From: Macrostomum lignano
Taxonomy: Eukaryota
Assembly: GCA_002269645.1 (NCBI GenBank)
Contig: NIVC01000501.1
Coordinates: 124,001-188,000 of the forward strand
Direction: 5' to 3'
DNA: 64,000 bases
The notes below the pieces were generated by a model. It was not told the origin of the DNA and made no database searches. It saw only the letters and a program-made list of their open reading frames with translations. A program made the position numbers and the translations under genes. Below are positions 25,501-36,425 of the stretch, one piece after another; within the stretch, counting starts at the first letter, position 1; each line of letters begins with the position of its first letter.

Positions 25501-28500
25501 TTGAGCGTCTCCAAGTCTGAATCGGTGGAGGCTCCGCCATCGGCGCCACTGCTTCTAGAAGAGCTGCTAGACGAGTAGGATCGCTTCCTGTTGAAATGCC
25601 AGATTGGATTGGATTGGAAGTCAAGCGTAATTATTGTCTGAATCTCAATATTTTTTATAGAAATACAAAAAGATTTTAATTATATTTGAATTGATTACTT
25701 ATAGCACACAGCAGTCATATTGTACAACTATTTAAATAGTAAAGAGTATCATAAATATGTGAAATTTCCTTGTTTCCCAAGGGAATCTAAATTGAATACA
25801 ATGTAAAAATAGATCACAAATACTTATAAACTTTAATCTGCACAAAAGTAAAAAGACACACAATTGTTTCATTTTCTGGGGAGTGTTAAGACTTTATTAG
25901 TCATTTCTTCAGTTCACTTTTACTTGTCTTGGTCTATTTATATTGTGTAACTATTGTTGCAACTCAAAGAAATGGTCATTTATTGTTGAAACCATAAAAT
26001 TGCTTCACCCCCTGTTTTTTATCATAAGCGAAAACTGATTGGCCAAAGTTAGATGCATATAAAGTGATTGGAACCTAAGTAAATATATAAAACACTTATT
26101 TCTTTGCCAAAAAACTATATTTAGAGCTCCAAAAATGAAACAGTCAAAGCCTTACACCTATATTAAAAATAGTTTAAAAAATAAAAATCTGCTTCAAGTT
26201 TCTATCCAAGTGGGACATCTTTAAAGAAATACTTAAACACCCTATAGTCAAGATCATGTTAGATGTATGCCAGAAGTTACCCAAAAATTATTTTGTGAAA
26301 GTGTAATTTCATTGTTTTTTGTCACTAAAGCATACAAGAAACATCTGATTTGAAAGCTAGGTAATAGGAATTCCCATAAAAATAAAAAATTACATTTTAC
26401 TTAGCTTCCACTGAATCAATTAAAAATTTCCTGCATACATGCTGCAATAATAAATATTTAAGTGTGGCCCATTCATATAAGATATAGAAAATATAGAAAA
26501 AAAGTCAATATTTTGCTTGCCATTGCCTAATCAGTTAATTTTTTTTACCAAATCTTTTTTGTATATAATGTACATACAATCTAAGAATAAATAAATGATA
26601 AAATGTTAAATTAGTGTGTTATTAATTGGCAAAAAGTTATTTTTGTAAAAAATTAGACATTTTCTAAGCAAAAGACATCATTAAGTTTATGTAACTTTTA
26701 AAAACAAATAGAAAGCTTTAGAAGGTTAAAACAAACTATATATAAAATTATAGTACTTGCATCATCAGATAAAAACATTAGCAACCATATAATCTATTAT
26801 ATTTTTAAAATATATTAGTACTTCAAAGTTACTGAATAAGTCTGAATTGACAGAAAAAAATATGTTACGACCATAAGGCTGCCTTTTCTTTTGTATCTTT
26901 GTTGCCTTTTTGAGTTTATATATTCTAATAAAAGAGTATGATTTCTAAAGATTTTCTTAGTCAAATTAAAAAAAATTTGTTGCAAAATATCAAAAATGAA
27001 AAATGTTATAAGACTTTTACCTTTTAGTTTCTATATGTCAAAAATCCTGTTGTTACGACCATAAGTGCCATTCAAGGTTTAATAGCATCTATACTAATGA
27101 TGATATCTATATGAAACTTTATAAACATATTATTGAGAAAATAATCTTTCATTCAAAATATTGGTTTAGTATATTCTATTATTAGATTTCATTTTATAAG
27201 TAAAAACAGTCTGTCATGTTATGACCATAATTATATGGAATGGCCCGTGTAATTTCTTTGAGGACAACCCAGATATGAACATTTTGTTATCAAAGTTTGC
27301 CAAGTTAAGGCCTAGACACATATTACCTTTCAGCCAGACACCACTAGAAGCTTGTGCTGCATATACCATTCCAACTTCCAGAAGTAAGATTAATGAGTAG
27401 GGCAATTGCCAATCAGTTAGTAAAGGATAAAATATAATGTTTGCATACTTATATATCTCTTTTATTTGACCTAAATTTGCTAGCATCTGAAATGCCTTGG
27501 CCAAGAAGATTGTGGGACTCAATTCATACTCATGGGCATATATAGAAAAGTATGTCATTTGTAAAGAGCCTGGCGAGTCATGTAGGATTACCAGGTGTCT
27601 GCTTTGCAGCAAGGCAGAGAGTCTCCATCTTCTAGTGCCAACAGCTAAAGAGCAGACCATGCCTATTGAATTCATTCAGTGGGTTAAGTCAGGGACTTTT
27701 CTATATAGCATCTGGACTGGAAGCTTTGCAATTTTTGAGTCTCTATGTGAGTCTCTATACCTCACAGGGACAAAAGAAGAAAAGACCCAGAAGGAGGAAA
27801 AGAGACAGGAAAAATTTAACTGTCAAGCCGGCCATAAACATGACAAAGACACTGTAGACAGAAAAGAAGCAAAGTTCAGGTGCATGCAGCGAAAAGCTAA
27901 TGGGGTAAAGTTTATCCCCAACAATGAATCTTTAACATGTAACATGTAAATCTTGAAAACTAGTCTGCTATTTGGACTGAGTCATGACTGGAGGTGATGA
28001 ATGGGAGTCCCACTCCCACATTCTATATATACTGACAAGCTGGCTGTACTATACAATAATGAAAGGCAATGGCTAGAGTTCCAGCACCGGAACCCATTTT
28101 CTAATGGCTACGGATCCGGCAGTGCCATTATAATATAGATGGAACATTATATTTTTCTTTCTACATGTGGCTGATATTGAGATTTTGTTCTAGATTAAAA
28201 TTTAAGACAATATGATAAGATTTGGGATGAGATACTTCTAATATCCAGACTTCTTAAGATATGTTCTTAGCAGTCTTTATATGCTTTATATGCTGGATCC
28301 CTAGCTATTAGAAAATGGGTTCTGGTGCTGGAACTCTAGCCATTACCATATTGGCAAAGAAAATTTTGCCTTCAGCGCCTGCCTTATCAATTTCACAATT
28401 TCAATGACACTGCTACAGTTGCTTTAAGCACTGACAATTTTGTTCCAACAAAATGGTTAAGTCGTGCTTAGCCCAGGGCTGCACTAATCGAGCCTCCTTG

Positions 28501-31500
28501 GACAAGGGACTGAGCTCTCATGGCTATCCTATGCACAATGCAGTCCTTCTTGAACAATGGAAGCGAGCAAATCTAAGGCAGAACTTCAAGCCTACCAAAA
28601 GCTCAACCATTTGCTCTGCACACTTCCACCCCCAAGACTTTGTGGAAAACTCTTTGGACACCAACGTGAACCGCAAGAAGGGCTGGGACCAACTGTCGAG
28701 GCAATGTCTGAAGCCAGGGACAGTGCCGTCTATCTTCCCAAATACTCCTTATCTCTCTTCTGCCAAGGCAGAACCAAGGTCAACTGCGGCAACATCAACT
28801 CAGCACTTGGAGAGAGAAAATACTGCATTGCAAGGCCAAATTGATGAGTTCCGAGATGCGGACTCAATTATAGACAACTACCTTGATGAAGTGCAGCTAA
28901 AACTGAATTGAAAGGAAATAAAACTGGCAGGATTTCATACCACCATGCTTGCTGACCAGCTGCATCTACGCACTGAACATGGAGCCTTCCTTTCATGTCT
29001 CCTGCTACATCTGCATGGCTAAAGACCACAGCATCACTATTGGAGTCAATGGAGTGTTGCTAAAGCCAACCCGACCCGACCCGACTCAGAGACTTACTTT
29101 TGGATAGGAAAGTATCAACTCTCAGTCAACTAGTCAAGAACTGGGAGGTAAACACTGACAGTGCCAAAGCTGAAGGTAAGACCAAACATATGCTTGACAT
29201 GGCCTAAGATCTTCTAGAAGACATGGAGAATCTTGTTGAGAATTGCACTGTTGGCTTCATCTTGGAGCAGCTGAAACTCAGCAGGCAGCCGAGCTGCAGG
29301 AGATATTCACAGCAGCTCATGATCTTTGCTTATGTTCTGTACTCCACCAGCGCTTTGGCTTATTAGACAATACTGGAGTAGGACATCCTCTGTTTTCCAT
29401 CTGATTGAACCCTTCGGTCTGCTTCAGCCAAAGTTGGTTCAAAGAATGGTCTAGATATTGAAAGCTACCTTCAGTTAAGAGCATCAAAGTTATCGAAATT
29501 TATCAAAATTGAATCGAAAATCAAAATTTTTAATAATCAAAATTATTAAAAAAAGAAATCTAAATCATTCTAAATGAATTTTTATTAGGCTCATGATTTT
29601 ATAAGTCCATAATGGCCAGCTATCTAATATACAATGTAACTAGGATCTAAGCTATTTTGGGAAAGGCTTTTGCCCCTCTAAGGTATATGTGGGTGGGGAG
29701 CTTCCAGTCTAGATGCTATATAGAGAAGTCCTTGGTTAAGTCCAAGAATGGCAGAATGCAACAGGAGACTATCCAGAAGACAGTTGAAGCTACACTGGTT
29801 TGGCTAAAGGACTTGCTGCCTAAATTTGTGCTGCATCACCTGACTAAATAGGCTCAAGCAGATTTCTAATAGCAGCAGAAGGATAAACTCCAGCCAAATA
29901 AAATTGCTATTCACTTTGACTTCAGCAAGAATTATGCTTGAGCCAGCCAGGATACAATGCAAAGTGCTTACTAGAGTCAAGTTTAGGTGACAATTTTTAC
30001 CATGGCCATCTATAGCCAGTCTGGCAAAAAATGCTATCTATTGTGAGGGACACAACAGTATATACCAGAGACTATGTCAATCTACAATAAGTCAGTCTGA
30101 TATTTTTCTATAAGTATTGCAACTAAGTATTACAATTATGTGGAATTTCCCATAAAATTACTCAGAATACTATTAGAAGACCACTAGAAAATTATTATAT
30201 ATAAGACACTTCATAAAATTATAACAAGCAAATGCCAAAAAAGTACTAAATAAATTATTCACAAATTGTTTCTAAGAAATAGGTAAATATAATTACAGTA
30301 CTTGGACAACTTTGGTAATAGCCATAAAATTAATTAAGAAGAGAGAAGTAACCACTGCAACAACTTGGTGGCTTAGCAGTTGGGATTTATAAAGAAAAAG
30401 CCATTAGGCCTACTACATTTTGTAAGCAATGAAAAAATAGCTCTATAAGGCCTACAAGTCTTACAATTAATTGGCAAAATCCAAAAACATAGGATAAAAT
30501 TGTGAAACAAATCTGCACACATTCAATAAAAGGTAATGATCTAAAAAAGCTTTTTAAAAGACAAAAAAAGTCTTAAAAAATAATTCTAGATAAGAACTAT
30601 TGTTTTCATGCTTTACATCATTGAATAAATGAGTAAAAACCACAAAAAAAGCATTTTAAAAGTCCAATTGACCAAATCACATTTTTTGTTTTACTTTTTT
30701 ATTAATAAACAATTAAATTTAAGACTTTTAGACATTAGAAAAGGCTAATTTTTCACTTACAAAGTATTTTGTGTTTTACTTATTATTTTATTTAAAAAGA
30801 TGAAGGATTACTAAGGATTTCTAAGTTTTTCTAAAACCACATAAACTCGTGAAAATTCATACTAATTTAAAGTGCAAAGTTTGCCAGCAAACATCTTTCT
30901 CTAAAAATAAATATACTGCTAATTCCTTGTTGCAAATTAATCTAAGTTGTTTTCTTTATTTAAATATCAACTTGTATAGTATTAGTGTATGTAATATGCC
31001 TATATTTAGACTTAAATTTTTTGGGTAAAAATGGTACTACAAAATATGAACCTGGCATTCAAATCAAATGCTTCCTATAGGCTTTCGAGGTAAAAAGAAC
31101 AATGTAATTAGACTTAAATATGTATCATTGCAGTATGTATGCAGGAAAAAAAGAATTTTCCAAATTGCTTCAGTAGAAGCTAAGTAAAATGCAATTTTCT
31201 GATCCTTATGGGAATTCCAATGTGTTACCTAGCTTCTAAATTAGATGCTTATTGTATGCTTATTAAGCAACAAAGAACAATGAAATTACACTTGAATATG
31301 TATCATATGTAAATGAATTTATTCATTATGTATCACATGTAAATTCATCATTAATGTTAATGGCAATGTCAATGACTAAAGATGCAAAGAAAGAACAAAA
31401 ATATAAGTCTGAAGAGAAGCTACAACTGGATGTATTTGAATTTACCTAAATGCCCAATAAATCTCTTAATGATGATCATGCAAAATAACAATTTATTTGT

Positions 31501-34500
31501 ACTAATAAACTTTAATAATGAATTATGCTCATAAAATTGTGAACTTTATTGCTTGCGCATGAACACGGATTGCTTGGATTCACTTCTTTCCCAATCTTTA
31601 TTCGTAACTTTCTGCTGCGCCTGCTAATGCTACTAAAACAACCTTTGTATTCATATTTTATTTGTATTAGCTTTCAAGTTTCAAACAAATGTCAAAGGCA
31701 TGATTGCTCTCACTGAAATTATCCCACCACTGAGTCACTAAAGTTGCGCTAGCGTTGTTCTTGTACGATAAGAAATCCCACTGGTTAGTCACCAAGTTGT
31801 CAAAAGGCTGCTTCTTCTGTCTTTATAAATTGTTCCAATGTTGGTAGCTGCTACCACAACTATTCTATTATTAAATTATGAGTTTATTAATCTTAGAATA
31901 AGTCTGAGAAATGTTTCTTGGAATTAGTCTAAGTACATATCTTAGTAGTTGTCTGAGTATATATTTAATTGAGAATTTGTCTGAGTATATTGTTCTTAGA
32001 ATACTATTTAGCCCTTACAAGTATCGTTCTTCTATTATTCTGGTAGCATTTACTATTATTCTGGTAGCATTTACTGTTATTCTGGGCTCTGGCCTGAGTG
32101 GTATATTGGCTTACTGGTATATTGCATGTACTTTCAAGTCCTGGGCATTACCGAGATCAGAGGGTCATAGCCTCCAGTTATTCTTTCATGTATCGGTTTA
32201 TGATCTACTTTGTAGTCTCTTACTACTTCCACTTCTCAGTAGTATATACTGTATGTGTTCTCTGCCACTTCACCTCTCTTCTGCAAATGAAAAATTCAGA
32301 AAAAAATCTTCAATAACGTTTACTCGGAACTCTTACGATTTGCTATTAACTGTCTTGTTATCGAACCATGATGTGCGAGGTTGGTCTCTCCTCCACCGAA
32401 AATGCTTCAATTTATATTAAAATTTACTGCTAATTTAAACAAAAATTAGTTTGCGTAAAATTATGAAAAATATGTGTATTATAACAGGTCACTGGTCAGA
32501 TTGTCATATTTCATTTCATCATATTGGATGACGAAGTGACTAGAAGCAAAGTAGCTTGAAAAAAATATGACGAAGTGACCAAATATTTAGTTATGCTGGA
32601 TACTTCGTCATCAACCAATCAATCTGTGCGTGATTCGAGTTAGTGTAAACCATTTTTTGTTTTAATAACTATAAGCTGCGGCAAGCAATACCAATTGATC
32701 GATAGGTTTTATCAATCGAGATGACAAAATGACTGGGATCATTAGGATTTCAAGTAAATATATTTACTTGCCATAATGATTCACTTGAAGTTGGAACTAA
32801 TATGATTGGTAGATGACGAAATGACTCTCTTCAGATAGTGCATGTTAATTAAGATGACGAAGTGACCATAGTTGAGATGAGCACCCCAAACACCCAGATG
32901 ACGAAATGGCAGATGACGAAATGACTAGGAACCTTATAACAAATGTGTTTTCCTAGATTCGGCACGCATTCAAAATGAGTTATAAAATTATTGATTTTAT
33001 AAAAGAATCGGGAAGGGCCTTGCACTCAAATAAGTTACTTTTTTACTATATGCTTACTTTTAGTAGTATTGTACATACAAGTTTTTTAAATATATCATTT
33101 AATACTTTTTAGCTGTAAATTGGAACTAGATGATCTCTGTGATTTTATAGATTACAAATCCCAGTTTTTTTGCATGGGATCCGGGGATTTAATCCCAGAA
33201 TTTGGACAATCCTAGGATTCAATCCTGGGATCAGAAAAATACCATAGATACTAGAATAACTAGATGTGTCACTTGCAAAAAATGTGTTTCTCTACTCTTT
33301 TTTCAGTAGCAAAATTAGCATTTTCTGCCATTATAAAAGTGAAATTATTAAAGTTTATAAAGCTGCAAAATTTGTCTTTGCCTAATTCTACAAGCAGGCT
33401 AATTAAATAAGCATGTCTGCTGAGTTTTACCAGTTCAAAAATAAACAAGTTTAAGACTTAAGACTGTAGAAAACTATAAAAATGTAAAATTCCCAAATTC
33501 AATGCTTGGCATAAAAGAGCAAGAGAGAATATATTCAAGTTTTTTGGCATGCATTTGAAAATTTTCAATTTTTGTTTAGGCTTATACTTAGCATAATCAA
33601 CTATGGTAGGCCTAATCTCTACCTATAAAAATGAAAACTCTGTATGTCTGTGGACAATTTTGATCGCTATGGACTCCCAAACCCAAACCGTTCAACCAAA
33701 TTACACCAAATTACATTTTTATAGGTTGTATACCCACCCTAAACTTACTATGGAGAGTGTCTTAGGCTATCTTTTAATATGTAATAAGTGAGAAGAGAGG
33801 AAAGGAGAGGAGAGAATAAAGAGCAGAAAGAGAAGAGAGAGCAGAGAGCAGAGAGAAATGAGAAGAGATAAAAAAGGAGAAAGGAGAGATGAGAGAGCAG
33901 AGATGAGAGAGAAGAGAGGAAAGGAGAGAGAAACAAATAGAGGGAAGAGACAAAAGAAGAGGGGACAGAGGAGAGAAGAAAGAAGAAATGAGAGAAGAGA
34001 GAAGAGACAAGAGACAAGAGAGAAGTGAGAAAACAGAAGAGAAGATAGAAGTTTCAAAGGATACAAGGGACATAGGGAGAGGCAGAGATAGAGGCCAGAG
34101 TTTTCCTGACATTCTATGCAGCTTCCCAGCCAACAATATCAATGTTTGCCTCAAATCCTAATTTTACACAAATGTACTCTATTTTATGTTTAGCTCTATA
34201 TCAACTAATAAATGTTAATCTCAATATATGCAAAAATAGTTCCGGGGATTGAAATTCTGAGGGTTCAAAATCTGCGGGTTTTAACAGCTTGTATTATTAT
34301 AATAGACATAATATTATTACAAAAATATGCAAAATTTAAGACATAAGTTACTTAAGTTACTTAACGTTAACTTTTTATTACTTGACAAATTTCTAAAAGA
34401 TGCCTTTTACCAAGGAAAATGAGATCAATAATAGGCCCTTTTGCCTTGGCTTAGGATAGGTTGAACTTTTAAAATCTCATTAGATTAAAGTTCTATTAAA

Positions 34501-34778
34501 ATATTGAAAATGAAAAACATTTAAATAAAGTAATAAAACAATTTTACCTCTTACCTGTGCTTATCACTCTTTGAATGATAATCTTTTTTAGATTTCTTTT
34601 TATTAGACTTTTTAGATTTTTTTTGCTTATGATCATTTCTAGGCCTAGAGTCTTTATCTTTATAGTAAGATCTGTCCTCATAGGCTTCTTTTTCCTTTTC
34701 TCTCTCATCAAAGCTGTCATTAGCTTTTGTTTTTTTGCTCCTAGAATAGCCTGGACTACGACTTCTAGACCGACCCAT
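22507..34778 (-). CDS. ARGLU1: Arginine- and glutamate-rich protein 1, about 291 aa, 5 exons
   Basis: Exons 34778-34555, 25587-25426, 25086-24840, 24098-24015, 22665-22507; all GT-AG and phase-consistent (2,2,0,0). MGRSRSRS start, IEAEVMRRV, LARIEEENNRKI and C-terminal ILNKKKARPKLAFSIK match ARGLU1. Exon 1 is linked across a 9-kb intron by homology and phase only. Confidence 0.88.
22705..23835. repeat. 36-bp minisatellite (TTATTGAGTCAGGGGTCAATTGAGTCAAGGGTCAAC), ARGLU1 intron 4
   Basis: Units built of TGAGTCA and RGGTCAA sub-repeats; a 433-bp block is duplicated (23272 vs 23705). Confidence 0.96.
25105..25395. repeat. Degenerate repeat (GATACATATCGGCTATACTACACAA core), ARGLU1 intron 2
   Basis: About 6 copies of the core. 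Confidence 0.85.
26466..27246 (-). mobile_element. Sola2-like MITE, copy 2 (inverted relative to 4632-5414)
   Basis: Right end TTATATGGAATGGCCC; 4-bp TSD GTGT at 26462-26465 and 27247-27250. Confidence 0.88.
28065..28347. mobile_element. About 280-bp inverted-repeat element nested in the P-like element
   Basis: AATGGCTAGAGTTCCAGCACCGGAACCCATTTTCTAAT pairs with ATTAGAAAATGGGTTCTGGTGCTGGAACTCTAGCCATT; TSD unclear. Confidence 0.7.
28453..28911 (+). CDS. THAP zinc finger plus short coiled-coil ORF (152 aa) of the P-like element
   Basis: C-x4-C...W...ICSAHF...LKPGTVPSIFP is a complete C2CH THAP signature. Confidence 0.75.
   Translation: MVKSCLAQGCTNRASLDKGLSSHGYPMHNAVLLEQWKRANLRQNFKPTKSSTICSAHFHPQDFVENSLDTNVNRKKGWDQLSRQCLKPGTVPSIFPNTPYLSSAKAEPRSTAATSTQHLERENTALQGQIDEFRDADSIIDNYLDEVQLKLN
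32487..32933. mobile_element. Merlin-like MITE, 447 bp
   Basis: GG...CC termini, ATGACGAA(A/G)TGAC sub-repeats, perfect 8-bp TSD TTATAACA (32479-32486 and 32934-32941). Confidence 0.8.
33790..34090. repeat. AG-rich low-complexity tract
   Basis: Nearly pure purine run on the + strand. Confidence 0.9.
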
Positions 34779-35769
34779 TTAGAATCAGTGGTCTAGACTT
34801 CTGTTCTAGCCTATTACTTTTAAAGTGTACAAACTTAATTATTTAATTTATTTGTTACACAGCAAACGACATATAAAACGAGAAATCAGCTCCAGCAATG
34901 CTTAGCAAAAGAAAAGGTCTTCTGTTATGCGTGGTCTTCTTCGCTCGATCGGGTAGATAAATAAAATTCAGTCTGAGACGCTTGCAGCTAGCTGCTGATC
35001 CAGCTAGTAAAATGTAAAATAAAAATTCTGAACATGATGCTGACACAAAACCACAAAAGTTCTGTGTTCTCCTCGTTAAATTTATTTATTACATATCTTT
35101 TTTGTCTATAAAAGACAGTCTTGCGCTTATGTAACATGGTTATTGTGTTTTAACGTGTAGCATTTAGAATGTTTGAATTTTTATAAGAAATGTTAAATGT
35201 TTCGAAGAATAACGCACATAAAAAAGGTTAACATTTCAAAGGCATGTTGTATTGTTGTGTTGTGTAGATAATTTTTTTCGATTCTTTTGGCCATGCTGTA
35301 GAAGGTATCCAGTGAATCCGGCGACAGGACGATCCAGCGACAGACGATGCGGCGACAGTCAATCTGGCGACAAGGAAGGTGTAGTAAAAAGCTATAGGCC
35401 TAAGGCCTACATGTACTATGTATATGTAAATCGGCTATAGGCATTTGAACATATTAATATTATAGAGCTTTGATTGTTATAACTACTAATAGTTGTTGCT
35501 TTTGTTAATAATAATAACTACTTTTTATTTTAATAGAGTATGCAAAAATAGTTCCGAGAATTGCAAATTTGAATTGGATTGCATTGAATTGGTCCAATTG
35601 GAGTGTGGGTTGGTTCAAAATGCGCAGGTTTTAATAGCTTGTTTTTTAACCTGTATAACTTTCGCCAACACATTTTCAGACACATCTTCCAAAAATTTTT
35701 TACAACACTTAAAATGTCACAAAAAGTTTTGGAAGATGTGTTGGCAAAAGTTAGGGCTAACCTAACCAT

Positions 35770-36425
35770 CATGGACGGCGGGATGGGAGATTGTGGCACC
35801 AGGGGCCCCCCAGAAAATTAGTCCACGTGCCATAGTCAGGAAGGTGGCCTTTTTTGTCGAAAATTCTGGCGTGCATAGGCATAGCCAAAGATATTTGGCA
35901 TACATTCGGCGTACATTTGGTCTGCCTTGCAACAGTTGGCGTACATTCAGCATATGCCATGTATGCCGCAAATATGTGGCATGATATGGGATATAAGGTT
36001 GGCATATGAGGCAGTGCTAATTCTCTATTATGTCTATCGTATAGTCTTATTTAAATCTCTGCCAAAACTTTATGGTAATTTAAAATGGTCATTTTAATTT
36101 TAACATCTTCAGTTAAACAAATTCAGCGTCCTAAAAAGCTGATAAACAATTAACTAATCAGCGTGCATGGGTGCATTACGGTAGGGCCTATATTCGGCGT
36201 GCATTACGGTATATTCGGCATACATATGGTTACATTTGGCGTACATAGGTAGCCCTGCCCGAATTTCATTCCGGCGTACACATGCCACCTTCCTGACTAT
36301 GGTCCACGTGGTAATTTTTTGTGTTTTTCTGATTTTAGGTCCTAATTAGCAGCTTATAAAGGTACCTGTGCCCCCCTTGCCCTGTGTCTAGTGTCCCCCT
36401 TAAATATTGGGCTCCACCGTCCCTG
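35770..36425. mobile_element. Putative hAT-like MITE (middle layer)
   Basis: CATGGACGGCGG...CCACCGTCCCTG termini; flanks CTAACCAT / CTGACAAT (6 of 8). Confidence 0.5.
35830..36302. mobile_element. MITE with CCATAGTCAGGAAGGTGGC TIR, 473 bp (inner layer)
   Basis: Perfect 19-bp TIR and perfect 8-bp TSD TCCACGTG (35822-35829 and 36303-36310). Confidence 0.88.

Larger units (their letters stand above)
27690..29734 (+). mobile_element. Internally deleted P-superfamily DNA transposon, 2045 bp
   Basis: 36-bp TIR CA(G/A)GGACTT(T/C)TCTATATAGCATCT(G/A)GACTGGAAGCT (33/36); 7-bp TSD GTTAAGT at 27683-27689 and 29735-29741; THAP ORF plus a decayed RRYSQQLMIFAYVLY...LCFPS..TLR segment typical of P/THAP9 transposase. 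Confidence 0.88.
27497..30060 (+). pseudogene. Decayed Sola-like DNA transposase, interrupted by the P-like element
   Basis: 5' part ...CKEPGESCRITRCLLC...IEFIQWVK joins in frame to SKNGRMQQETIQKTV...LLPKFVLHHLTK*AQADF**..IHFDFSKNYA*ASQDTMQSAY*SQV*VTIFT. The DFS(E)NY...QSA pattern is recalled from Sola2-type transposases, so the superfamily is tentative. Confidence 0.65.
26299..31293. repeat. Pair of about 165-180-bp inverted repeats (26299-26462 and 31111-31293) bracketing the transposase fossils
   Basis: AAGTGTAATTTCATTG...GGAATTCCCATAA...CATTTTACTTAGCTTC...CCTGCATACAT...ATATTTAAG matches the reverse complement of 31111-31293. Confidence 0.7.
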
